The notes below the pieces were generated by a model. That model saw only the letters and a list, made by a program, of their open reading frames with translations, did no database searches and had not been told where the DNA came from. The position numbers were made by a program, and so were the translations under genes. This document shows, piece after piece, positions 13,985 through 26,769 of a DNA stretch of 64,000 nucleotides. The DNA lies in the NCBI GenBank assembly GCA_964016885.1, contig OZ024761.1:12338001-12402000 (forward strand), read 5' to 3'. Position 1 is the stretch's first letter, and the number at the start of each line of letters is the position of its first letter. This stretch comes from Eledone cirrhosa. Its lineage: Eukaryota.

Positions 13985-14350
13985 TGAATGGACCTGTTAT
14001 TTTTATCTAAAGATATTTTTTCCAATTCCAGCCCGCCTGTCCCTTCAATCTATCTTATTTCTCATTCTTTCTTCTGATGAAGGACTAGCGTCTGAAACGT
14101 TAAGACCCTCTTCCTGCTATATCAAGCGTTAACCTAATATATACCTTCCATATACTATACCGATTCTGTTGTTATTTCTGTTTACCTTTTACATATATAC
14201 ATACACATATATATATATGTATGTTAAAGGTAAACAGAAATAACAACACAATCAGTACAGTATATGGAAGGTATATATTAGGTTAACGCTTGATATAGCA
14301 GGAAGAGGGTCTTAACGTTTCGGACGCTAGTCCTTCATCAGAAGAAAGAA
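13985..14350. mobile_element. Inverted pair of PLE pseudo-LTR fragments, each with a minimal hammerhead (14070-14105 +, 14310-14345 -)
   Basis: tcttCTGATGAaggactagcgtc(c/t)GAAAcgttaaga on both strands, in arms that are reverse complements around a TA/CA spacer. Confidence 0.7.
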
Positions 14351-14630
14351 CTTCCTTATGTTGTATAGGCCTCAGAGGACCTATACAAGCCAAGGGAAAT
14401 ATTCTTTTGTCGAGACAGTATTGTTTTCAAAGTTATGGTGTATAACTTAATTATGTCTCCCGTGTAATAATTTCGTATTATCAATATCTATCTATATATA
14501 AATATATTTAGGATAGAACTGGTCATTCCGTATGGTCACCCTCGATGTAATATTATGGAGAGCACTCGACGTAATGCAACTCACCCGTCTTCGTTTGTGT
14601 TGTTGGTGGTACGAGTACGGAGTTAATTAT

Positions 14631-14740
14631 TATAAAATAACAAGAGGCTGGACTGGTGTAATTCCTTAAAATGTTTATTATACTATTATACTAAACCTTT
14701 TAAGGAATTACACCAGTCCAGCCTCCTGTTATTTTATATT
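14631..14740. repeat. Palindrome with about 47-bp arms
   Basis: tataaaataacaagaggctggactggtgtaattccttaaaa ... ttttaaggaattacaccagtccagcctcctgttattttata. Confidence 0.8.
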
Positions 14741-14755
14741 ATATATACATATATA

Positions 14756-15051
14756 TCTATATATATAAAACTGTGGTTGTCTGTCTGTCTATCGATTTTT
14801 GGCACACATCTCCTCTTAGAATCTCTCACGGAATTGCACCGAAATTGCTATACTTGTACATTGAGCCCTAGCGAAGACATCGGAAAAAAAATATTTCAAA
14901 TTGACCCGCCCTATCTGACGAAATCGAATATAATGTATCGATTTTTGAGCGTAAGTGATCAGTTATTTCCCTTTGTTCTGTTTACATTGAGCGTCTGCGT
15001 GCAAAAATTAAAAAAATTACGCTGGCTTTCTCAGCGTTTAAAATGACATTA
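14756..15051 (+). mobile_element. Possible non-autonomous Helitron-like 5' end, cut by the assembly gap
   Basis: Starts TCTATATATATAAAA followed by (GTCT)n, as in many invertebrate Helitron derivatives; the 3' end is not visible. Confidence 0.35.
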
Positions 15052-15251
15052 NNNNNNNNNNNNNNNNNNNNNNNNNNNNNNNNNNNNNNNNNNNNNNNNN
15101 NNNNNNNNNNNNNNNNNNNNNNNNNNNNNNNNNNNNNNNNNNNNNNNNNNNNNNNNNNNNNNNNNNNNNNNNNNNNNNNNNNNNNNNNNNNNNNNNNNNN
15201 NNNNNNNNNNNNNNNNNNNNNNNNNNNNNNNNNNNNNNNNNNNNNNNNNNN
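15052..15251. other. Scaffold gap (200 N)
   Basis: Run of N; the true size is unknown. Confidence 1.
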
Positions 15252-15635
15252 CAAGTATCAGTAGAACTGTGACACACAGACAGACTCAGACACACAGAGA
15301 CAAGCAGACATTGTTGTTGTTGTTGTTATCGTCAAATCCCCCCTCCCCCACCATCTTACACCCCACCCACCCACCACCCCACGCCTCTCTGTTCTTCTCC
15401 ATCACTTTTTCATTTAGCAACACACAACAGGATGATGTCTTAGGAAACAAACTAACAAAGACTATTTCTTCTTCTTCCACCTCCCCCCCCCTCACCCCCC
15501 ACTACCACCACCGGCCACATCAACAGCACCAACACATCCCCTTCCACCACTACCACCACCACCACCATCCCCCTTCCACCACCACTCTGCTATCTCTGTT
15601 TCTGATTCTTTCTGAATCTCTCATACTCTTTAACC

Positions 15636-15677
<42 letters not shown>

Positions 15678-15765
15678 ACACACTGACAGTTGGAAAAAAA
15701 CGGTTTAAGTTAAGATATTTATATATATATATATTTATTATATATATATATATATATTATATATA

Positions 15766-15821
<56 letters not shown>

Positions 15822-15855
15822 ATATATATTATATATTTATATTATATATATATAT

Positions 15856-15892
<37 letters not shown>

Positions 15893-15964
15893 ATATATAT
15901 TATATATTTATATTATATATTTATATTATATATATATTATATATATATTATATATATATATATT

Positions 15965-15998
<34 letters not shown>

Positions 15999-16246
15999 AT
16001 TATATATATATATTATATATATATTATATATATATATATATATATATTATATATCAGTTCTCGTATGAGCAAGACAAGGTCAGCCAACCAGACACTGCCC
16101 ACAACAGGACAACCCGTCTAACCCATGCTAGCGTGGAAGAACGGAAGTAAAACGGTGATGATGATGATGATGATATATATATATATATATATATATACAT
16201 GCATATCATCATCATACGTCCGCTTTACATACATATATATATATAT

Positions 16247-16277
<31 letters not shown>

Positions 16278-16319
16278 CCACATATATATATACACATATA
16301 TATATATACACACATATAT

Positions 16320-16350
<31 letters not shown>

Positions 16351-16449
16351 CACACACACACATATATATATATATATACACACATATATATATACACATA
16401 TATATATATACACACATATATACACACACACACTCACACATATATATAT

Positions 16450-16498
<49 letters not shown>

Positions 16499-16599
16499 CA
16501 TATATATATATATATACATATACACACACACATATATATACACATATATACACATATATACACATATATAATCACACAGTAGTTAAACTCCATACTTAC

Positions 16600-16792
16600 C
16601 CTAAACTCAGAGAGTGAGGCCATTAACTCGTCCAGCTCGCGAGTAGCAGTAGAAGCTGTTTGAGGAGATATCATGGGGGCCTCCTGGTACAGGGGCTGCT
16701 GTATATAAACATTTTGGCCATAAACCTGACCCCCCATCTGTTGTTGCTGGCCCGTGCTGGCTGTGCCAGAGTTCACTCCTGCCATCTGTCGG
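16600..16792 (-). CDS. PXN: Paxillin-family internal exon containing the LD4 motif
   Basis: Translates as (S)[64 protein letters not shown], near-identical to paxillin LD4 [17 protein letters not shown]. Pyrimidine-rich acceptor ctttctctccttcatattacag|C (phase 2) and canonical donor AGG|GTAAGT (phase 0). Confidence 0.9.
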
Positions 16793-16952
16793 CTGTAATA
16801 TGAAGGAGAGAAAGAGACAAAGGTATAATTATGATGAAAGCGACAGTGAAATTGAAACTTTTCATTTCAAGTTTACATCCTTGCACATCCTCATAAAAGC
16901 CAGAGTGCAATGTTCAGGCACCATGCTGTGTATATATATATATATATATATA

Positions 16953-17075
16953 TGAAGTAATTCCATCGGAAAAGTCCAGGAAAAAAGAGTGCTCTATGTA
17001 GGTTACAGAGCTTAATAGTTATGTATAGAAACCACTGGTAAATGAAATAATTATCTTACGTTGTTTATTACATAA

Positions 17076-17114
<39 letters not shown>

Positions 17115-17233
17115 GTAATTCCATCGGAAAAGTCCAGGAAAAAAGAGTGCTCTATGTAGGTTACAGAGCTTAATAGTTATGTATAGAAACCACTGGTAAA
17201 TGAAATAATTATCTTACGTTGTTTATTACATAA

Positions 17234-17274
<41 letters not shown>

Positions 17275-17393
17275 GTAATTCCATCGGAAAAGTCCAGGAA
17301 AAAAGAGTGCTCTATGTAGGTTACAGAGCTTAATAGTTATGTATAGAAACCACTGGTAAATGAAATAATTATCTTACGTTGTTTATTACATAA

Positions 17394-17440
<47 letters not shown>

Positions 17441-17559
17441 GTAATTCCATCGGAAAAGTCCAGGAAAAAAGAGTGCTCTATGTAGGTTACAGAGCTTAAT
17501 AGTTATGTATAGAAACCACTGGTAAATGAAATAATTATCTTACGTTGTTTATTACATAA

Positions 17560-17562
<3 letters not shown>
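16953..17562. repeat. Four identical 126-bp units separated by (TA)n
   Basis: tgaagtaattccatcggaaaagtccagg...ttacataactc at about 16953, 17111, 17271 and 17437. Confidence 0.95.
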
Positions 17563-17604
<42 letters not shown>

Positions 17605-17611
<7 letters not shown>

Positions 17612-17812
17612 CAAAATATTAATAAATGAAGACATTCACATAATCAAAATAGATGTTTTATTATATATATTTCGAAGGTACTGTGGTGTTTTTACAGTAC
17701 GTCCTCGTCAGATAAAATACATGAATTGAGGTATGACATACATATATACTGATGTATAAAACATATATTTTGATTATGTGAATGTCTTCATTTATTAATA
17801 TTTTGAATAATA
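17605..17812 (-). mobile_element. PLE-like fragment with inverted arms and a long-stem-II hammerhead (17655-17720)
   Basis: Minus strand ttttatCTGACGAggacgtactgt...acagtaccttcGAAAtatatataataaaa; about 55-bp inverted arms; related motifs at 35433-35491 (+) and 10368-10430 (-). Confidence 0.55.
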
Positions 17813-17927
17813 TTAATAACTCCAGAAAACTTCCTTGTAGAGTGCTTTTAATCTATTGTAAAACTATATTCATTGAGTAATCAATGAACCATATTAATCT
17901 TTGATTATATATCTGTATATATATATT

Positions 17928-17999
<72 letters not shown>

Positions 18000-18248
18000 A
18001 ATAAATATAAATTAGCGAGAATCGTATTTCGGCTTAGGAATTAACGAAAAACAACTTCCGAGATGTGTGGCAAGTGCTCAATGATTCAGAATGAATCAGA
18101 GCTACAACATACGTTAAGGGCCAAACACAGTGAGACAATGGTTAAACAAATCATCCGCACAACCAAAGAAACGACCAAGTAATTCGGGTCAAACAATAAA
18201 AATATATGTGATTGAAAATATTTATATATATATATATATATATATATC

Positions 18249-18301
<53 letters not shown>

Positions 18302-18401
18302 GTGTATGTAGGTATGTATGTATATATGTATATATAAGTATATATATATATATACTTAAATATATCTGTGTGTATGTATATATATATATATATCTGTGTA
18401 T

Positions 18402-18466
<65 letters not shown>

Positions 18467-18808
18467 GCACACATGCTATATACAGTGTTAGTAAAATGTC
18501 CAAATGAAACAGCAATGTACAAACTGAAAACAAGTTAAACAAACATTAATTAAAAAAATCAAACTCGGCAAGCAGTAATAACACTGGCCACAAGTGCCAC
18601 AGGATTTCAGGTGTGTGTGTGGTGGGGTGGGGTGGGGGTATTGTTGATTTAATTACTACAGATATGTAGACTTCATAGGGATGAAGGAAATATAATCTTA
18701 TTAATGTATTATTTATTACTTTTATTTGAGGAGGAGGGGGGGTGAGGGGGAGAATTAACCTCAGTGAGATTTGAACTTAAAATGTAAAGGGAGGTAATTT
18801 GTCATACA

Positions 18809-19024
18809 TTAACCTTTAGCAAGCTAGTAATTTTTATGAGTTGTTTCCCTTGATATTGCATTATTTATTGATGGGAGGTTACTCCGTGGTGCATTATTAA
18901 GTCGCCAATAGCACCTTTAAAGCACTGTCGGACACACAGAGCACCACAGAGTAATTTCCCCCTAATAGAGTATCCAGTACCAAGGGAAGAAACTAATAAA
19001 AATTACTAGCACGCTAAAGGTTAA
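18809..19024. mobile_element. Second TTAA-flanked MITE family
   Basis: TTAAcctttagcaagctagtaatttt ... aaaattactagcacgctaaaggTTAA; related degenerate copy at 23769-23884. Confidence 0.65.
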
Positions 19025-19536
19025 TGAAGCAACTATTTGATGTGCCTCTACCTCATGTCATACATTAGAAGGAAATATTTGAAAAAGTCAAAAGCTGACA
19101 AATTAACTAACTATTACATTAAAATGTTAAAACTGTTTTCATCAAATTACAAACCCTTTCTCTTCAATAAATAAATAAATAAAAAAAAATAAAGAAATCC
19201 ATATTATTATTATTATGTAGCATAGAGTTAGGCCCCTTTATGGTCTGAGTTCAAATCCCGCAGAGATTAACTTTGCTTTTTATCCTTACGGGGTTGATAA
19301 AATAAAGTACCAGTAATGCACTTGGGTAATTGCTGGCCTTGTGCCAAAAGTAGAAACATTATTATTATCTATAAAGGGTGGAATTTCAATCTTCACTATA
19401 GACTCAGCCTGTAAAGGGCTGTAACTCTATGCTGAAAAGCATGGTGTTTGACTCTCTACCGATTCACAGTCCTAATATGATAACAACAACAACAACAACA
19501 ACACCAAGGTAACAGAAACTTCAACATACATTTCAA

Positions 19537-19577
<41 letters not shown>

Positions 19578-19589
19578 TATATAAATATG

Positions 19590-19802
19590 CGTATGTAAAA
19601 GGTAAACAGAAATAACAACACAATCGGTACAGTATATGGAAGGTATATATTAGGTTAATGCTTGATATAGCAGGAAGAAGTCTTAACGTTTCTGACGCTA
19701 GTCCTTCATCATAAGAAAGAATGAGAAATAAAATAGATTGAGGGGACGGGTAGGATGGAATTGGAAAAAAGTCTTTAGATAAAAATAACAGATCCATTCA
19801 TG
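19590..19802 (-). mobile_element. PLE pseudo-LTR fragment with a degenerate hammerhead (C3 mutated)
   Basis: Same family as 13985-14190; the core reads ATGATGAaggactagcgtcaGAAAcgttaaga on the minus strand. Confidence 0.6.
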
Positions 19803-20079
19803 TTGACATCTCATATATATATATATACATGTATATATATATACATGTATATATATACATGTATATATATAGAAATACACACACTCCAATACAAATGAGT
19901 TAAAGAAAATAAACAAAATGTTAAATAAAAGAAAAACTAACAAAAATTAGATTTTGAAAAACCAAACAAATCCAATCTTAAAAAAATGGGGATCGCGAGA
20001 AATTAAAGAGAAGGAGGAGGTGGGGGAGGAGAGTGTTAGATATGTGGAGTGGGAGGGTGGGAAGAAACCATTTAATATT

Positions 20080-20692
<613 letters not shown>

Positions 20693-20776
20693 ATTAGTTA
20701 TTTATTTAGAATGCAGTTTTTCAGGGTAAACACAGCAACACACTTGGTCATGCATTGGTGGTACTACAAGTCTAAC

Positions 20777-21973
20777 CTCTGGAAATTATCTAAAGCAGAT
20801 ATAGAGGAGTGCTGCTGCTGCATCGAAGAGGTCACAGCTTCATGTTGCTGTTGTTGTTGTTGTTGTTCATGATGTTGCTGTTCCTGCTGCAGCTGTTGCT
20901 GTTGGTGATGGTGGTGCTGCTGCTGTTGTTGTTGTTGCTGTTGCTGCTGCTGCTGCTGCTGTTCAGAGGTGGAGGAAGACGACACATTAGATTCATATTG
21001 GTGTGTGCTTTGAAAGGGAGACAACACCTGATAGCCAGGACTGGGGTCTGGTTGCTGCTGCTCATGTCGTTGCTGCTGCTCATGTCGCTGCTGCTGATCA
21101 TGTCGCTGCTGCTCATGTCGCTGCTGCTGCTCATGTCGCTGCTGCTGATCATGTCGCTGCTGCTCATGTTGTTGCTGCTGCTCATGTCGCTGCTGCTGAT
21201 CATGTCGCTGCTGCTCATGTTGTTGGTAATAACTCTCAGTTTGCCCGGCACTAATTTGTGGTGGGATTGGCTGTGGTGGCGGAGGTGGTGGAGGACACAC
21301 AAAGCCCTGACACACATCGCTGTGCTCAATCTTCTTGTAGATGTGACTACTCTGTTCAGACTTAGTTTCATAGCTCTGTTGTACAGGGAACGGTGGAGTG
21401 CCTATATCTGCCACAGGGAGGGGCTGGCCCTGGCCCTGACTCTGACCTTGGTTGGTCATCATCATCATCATCAATGACGGTTGTTGTTGTTGTTGTAGTT
21501 GTGGTAGTGGTGGTGGTGGTGGTTGTTGAGTCAGTGTAGAGGAAGACACAGCATACTTCTCCGACGTCTCCATTGTTGAATGTTCACTTTTCTCCATGGA
21601 GTCGGTGCTTTCCAGCTTGGAGTAGCTTTGGGATGACTTCGATTCCATTTGTTCGGAAATGAGTGGCTGCGGGGCTGCTGGTCCACCATGAGGGTGGATA
21701 GGTGCAAATGTGGACAGGGGTGCAGCAGCAGCAGAGTCAGCAATAGCCGAGAACGAAGAGGCACCGCCAGAGTCATCGGCCGATGTGCTATGGGACGTCA
21801 TCTTTGATGAAGATGTAACTGTCTCTGATGAGTGGAAGCTGCTGCTATAGTTACCAGATGAAGAGGAGGCGGAGGTGTGGATGTCTTGTTTCAACAGTGC
21901 AGATTCCATGTGAGGAAAGGTAGGGAAAGGTTGAGAAAGAGGAAGTGAAGATGGCGGTAATGGTGGAGGAGGC
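20777..21973 (-). CDS. Candidate 1197-nt Gln/Ser/Pro-rich cassette exon of the paxillin-like gene
   Basis: Open frame (PPPPLPPSS...polyQ, RHEQQQ/RHDQQQ repeats...ALDNFQ). Acceptor ccttcctttttgtcag|G and donor CAGAG|GTTAGA, both phase 2. Length is divisible by 3 and it splices in frame to the LD4 exon. Confidence 0.7.
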
Positions 21974-22200
21974 CTGACAAAAAGGAAGGTCGACAGACAA
22001 GAATGGATTAAATTAAAAGAAAAATTATAATAAAAATTAAAATAAAATAAAAATATAATACAAATAAAAATAATTATAATAAAAATTATAAAGAAAATAA
22101 AAATAATTATAATAGTAATAAAAATTATAAAAATTGTAATAAAACAAATAATGATAATGCAAAATATGAAGAAAGATGTATATGTATGAGTATATATATA

Positions 22201-22529
22201 TATAAACGTTTGTATATGTATAATAAAGACTAAACAATGCAGGTATAGACATAGAATAAAGAATACAAATGCAAAAGATATTGTTGACAATTAGTCTTTT
22301 ACCTTAGATTTATTTAAATGTCCTTAATTTTCAAGATAATATCTCTTCTTCGGAGGGAAGTAAAGCGGTTAAACCTCCGAAGAAGAGATATTATTTCGAA
22401 AATTAAGGACATTTAAATAAATCTAAGGTAAAAGACTAATTGTCAACAATATCTTTTGCATTTGTATTCTTTATTCTATGTCCATACCTGCATTGTTTTG
22501 GCTTTATTATACATATACAAACATTTATA
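22201..22529. repeat. Near-perfect palindrome (about 155-bp arms, 17-nt spacer) with hammerhead-like motifs at the inner ends
   Basis: 22201-22356 is the reverse complement of 22374-22529; the inner end reads cctCCGAAGAagagatattatttcGAAAattAagg. Confidence 0.85.
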
Positions 22530-24103
22530 GCTCATTACACAATGCTTCAAGTGAACTATAACTTCCTCCTATATATATATATGTATGAGTATATATATAT
22601 ATATATGTATATGTATGAGTGTATATATATATGTAGGTGTTGTTTCTAGAACTATATTACAATGTCTATGATGTGTGTGTAAGTGTATATATGCAGACGT
22701 GTGTGTGTATATATGTGTGTGTATGCGTTGGTTCTGGAACTATATTACAATATGTGTATGATGAGTGTGTAGGTGTATATATGCAGACATGTGTATCTGT
22801 GTATGTGTATGAGTGTATGTATGTATGTATGTGTTATTTCTGGGACTATATCACAATGTGTGTGTAGGTGTATATATGCAGACATGTGTGTATGTGTATG
22901 AGTGTATGTATGTATGTGTTATTTCTGGGACTATATCACGATGTGTGTGTAGGTGTATATATGCAGACGTGTGTATCTGTGTGAGTGTATGTATGTATGT
23001 GTTATTTCTGGGACTATATCACAATGTGTGTGTAGGTGTATATATGCAGACGTGTGTAGGTGTATATATGCAGATGTGTGTGTGTGTAACATTTATGTCC
23101 CAAACATTGCAACATAAAAAATACAAGTGAGAGAAATTTACATAGAGATATGCTAAGGTCTGACATATATAATAATACAGTGACTGGCAAAACTTCAATT
23201 TACTAAGATTATCCATGCAATTAGTAGACAAAAACTCCTGGGTGAGGTGTAAATCAAAAATACACAAAGCAAGGGAGACAACTTCAACAAAACCAATTAA
23301 CTGAAATCATAGAAATGCAGTATAGGAATGAAGCTTTGACCCTTTTGATAGCAAAATACCCCCCAACCCTCCTTAGTAGTAATACAAAGCCTCACCATGT
23401 TAAGGCCATTTTACCTGCTAAAGCCTTGTGGTTCCCATGATAGACTTCATATCAAACATGAAGTCTTTTTACAGTTGGACGCCCTTCAATCATAATCTTT
23501 TTGGGAGAATATTTTATTTCATAAAGTAATTTTACTAAATTTCTACTCAAATTCAGTATATTTCCCTCCAAAAAATATTGTAATGAAAAGGTTAAAACCA
23601 AAGACACGTTTCAGTGTTATTAGACCTCTTCAGTAAAGCATATTCTATAGTCAGGTGACAAGACTAAGAGTCATAATTCAATAAATATGTTAGACAAAAC
23701 AAACATCAAAAGTAGGAAAGAACAACAACTGAAATAAAAGAAAAGAGTGAACATTATAATTTTCCTGTTTAACCTTCAGCACGCTCTAGGCAACTTGTGT
23801 CGCTGATAGAGTAATCTCCCCTTAATATATAATACAGTGTCAAGGGAAGCAATTCATTAAAAAATTCAGCGAGCTGAATGTTAAGGATTTGTCACGCCCC
23901 ATCAACACACCTGTGATGTACTCAGTCACTTATGGTGTTCAATTAATCTACAGATACAGTTGTCACGTCTCACCTGTAGTATTAACATATACAGGTGTCC
24001 CCTCTCTCACCTGGTAGTACATTAGTCCTAGATCAAAGCTATTTATGCAGTGACCATCCAGTCATATAACTAAAACTACATAATCTATTGACTTTTTTAA
24101 TTC

Positions 24104-24441
24104 TTTACCATTTACATTACTCTATATCTACTATTATATTTAACCCTTTACCATTTACATTACTCTATATCTACTATTATATTTAACCCTTTACCATTTA
24201 CATTACTCTATATCTACTATTATATTTAACCCTTTACCATTTACATTACTCTATATCTACTATTATATTTTCACAGCAAAGTCTTTACCTCACATAATAT
24301 CGAATCTATGAGATTCTGATATTATTTATTTTGAGAAAAATCCTGTAACATCAGTATGAGCGGCTGATTATAGCCGGTTTGAGCAAAAAGAGGTGAGAGA
24401 GTTCTGGCCAGATGCGGCCGGTTTAAATGCTAAAGGGTTAA
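24104..24441. mobile_element. TTAA-flanked MITE with its terminus tandemly repeated (43-bp unit, about 4 copies)
   Basis: tttaccatttacattactctatatctactattatatttaaccc repeats; the other end is aatgctaaagggTTAA. Confidence 0.65.
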
Positions 24442-25131
24442 AAAGATTAAAGTTTGAAATTTGAGCAAGATACATCTTGTCACGTTAAACACCATCTTGG
24501 TCTGCAGGTGGCCGTGTGGGTAGTTGTGATGTATTTATGTATGTGTAGATTGGAGATCAGGTTTCAATACCCTTTATCTAAAATATCTTTTTATACATGC
24601 ACCTTTGATGAGTTGTAGTGCACCTGAGCACTGTACACAATTTCATTATTATTATAAACTGAATGGTTACAACAGGAAATGATTTGAATACAGCTCTACA
24701 GGATCGGGGTGTCAGCTTATCACCAGTTTCCTTGGCATTAACTGTCTCAGAGTACAAGAGTGTGCTCCGGACTGTTCCTGCAGTTGCTAGTCCCGCAGCA
24801 AAACCTAAATCCATATCATCATCATCATCATCATCACCGTTTTACGTCTGTTCTTCCAGGCTAGCAGGGGTTAGATGGGGTGTCCTGTTGTGGCCAGTGT
24901 CCGGTCAGCTGACCTTGTCTTGCCCATACAGGAGCTGATTCTGGCTTGATTTCTACAGCTGGATGCCCTTCCTAACACCAACCTCACTTATAGCGAGTGC
25001 TGGGTGCTTTTTTTCCGTGGCGCCTACACGTCCACTTTACAGTGTGGACTGGGTGCTTTTTTTTGCTGTGGCACCTCCATGACTACTTTGCAGTGGTGGG
25101 TGGGTGGCATATTGTCTACATGCTATATATA

Positions 25132-25277
25132 TGGAGGCACATGACTTAGTGGTTAGAGAATTGGCCTTGCAATCGAAAGGTTGTGAGTTCAATTCTCAGA
25201 CCGGGTGATGTGTTGTTTCCTTGAGCAAGACACTTTATTTCACATTGCTCCAGTTTACTCAGCTGTAGAAATGAGAC
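25132..25277 (+). mobile_element. tRNA-derived SINE family B
   Basis: A box tgacttagtggttag and B box gagttcaattctc, then ttccttgagcaagacacttta. Minus-strand copies at 7822-7943, 32975-33123 and 36320-36455. Confidence 0.75.
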
Positions 25278-26337
25278 GATAGGGACTGGGGTCCCTATCA
25301 TTCCACTGCAAAGTGGTCGTGCAGGTGCCACAGAAAAAAAGCACCCAGCACTCACTGTAAATGAGGTTGGTGTTAGGAAGGGCATCCAGCTGTAGAAATC
25401 AAGCCAGAATCAGTTCCCGTCCCACCCTTGCAAGCAGGGAAAAGTGGATGAAAAAAATGATGTTGATGATGATGATGATGATGATATGAACAACAACAGG
25501 TTTATTTCTTCAACTGTCAATAAACAGAAATCTAAACAATATAGAAACTAACTATTTACCAAAGGTGGTGCTGGTGAAACGGGGAAGTGTAACATATTAT
25601 GTGATTTTATTATAAATAAATCATAATTTTATCTCCGTTAATAGCTTCTTGAGAACTAAGTTATGTCAAGAGTCGGTAACTTAAATCTACAAATAAAAGG
25701 CAGGTGTTCAGGGCACTTTGAAATTTATAATTACACACAAATGTATATATGCATATATACATGGATATACACAAACATACATGCATACACACACACTGTA
25801 TGTATACATAGAAATATATATATATATACATACATATATACACATATATATATATATACATATATATATACACACACATATATATATATATATATACATA
25901 CATATACACATATATATACACATATATATACACATATATATATACACATACACACACACATATATATATACATATACACACACAGATATATATATATACA
26001 CATATACACACATATATACACATATATATATATGTATATATCTATCTATATATATACATATATATACATATACATATACACACATATATACATATATACA
26101 TATACATATACACACATATATACACATATATATATATACATATATATACATATACATACATATACATATATATATAAACAAACACACATATACTGCAGGA
26201 GTATGGGATCGATGGTGGGTTTCTTCTTGCCCCCATGTCCCAATACCCAAGTATTTATGTTTAGACAAATGGTATAAAATGTGGGAGTCAGACTCTGCCA
26301 AGGGTGCACAGTCACTTCTCCTCTTCATTATTTTCAT

Positions 26338-26730
26338 AGGGCGGTGGATTGGCAGTATTGGTAAAGGGTCGGACGCCATGGTTTGACACATAGAGTTATG
26401 TCCCTTTCCATTCTGAGTTCAAATCCCACCAAGGTTAACTTTGCCTTTCATCCTTACGGGGTCGATAAAATAAAGTACCAGTAATACACTGGGATAATTG
26501 CTGGCCTTGTGCCTAAAGTAGAAACAATTATTTTCATGAGCAGGTGGATTGGCAGTATCGGTAGAGGGTCGGACCCTATGCTTTCCAGCATAGTTACGTC
26601 CCTTTACGATCTGAGTTCAAATCCCACCGAGGTTGACTTTGCATTCCTCCTTACGGGGTCGATAAAATAAAGTACCAGTAATACACTGGGTATTTGCTGG
26701 CCTTGTGCCTAAAGTAGAAACAATTATTTT
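26338..26730 (+). mobile_element. Two tandem SINE family A copies
   Basis: Two head-to-tail copies with B box gagttcaaatccc. Confidence 0.8.
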
Positions 26731-26769
26731 GATGAGCAGGGTTGACGTGCAGGGCCGGGATGGTGTCAT

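Noticed and set aside
15269-16582. YI/HT/CV-rich ORFs here and throughout the window
   Set aside because: Translations of (TA)n/(CA)n microsatellites.
16953-17562. Repeat-spacer array resembling CRISPR
   Set aside because: The spacers are only (TA)n and the repeats are 126 bp.
21974-22290. Hydrophobic N-terminus of the 508-aa ORF (signal/TM-like)
   Set aside because: Comes from the AT-rich intron and palindrome arm upstream of the acceptor at 21973.
23600-23640. Hammerhead cores at 23600-23640 (-) and 9712-9750 (-)
   Set aside because: Core nucleotides are present but stem I is not complementary; at best decayed PLE remnants.
25132-25210. tRNA gene
   Set aside because: Has A/B boxes but continues into a SINE body found in several copies; no proper acceptor stem or terminator.
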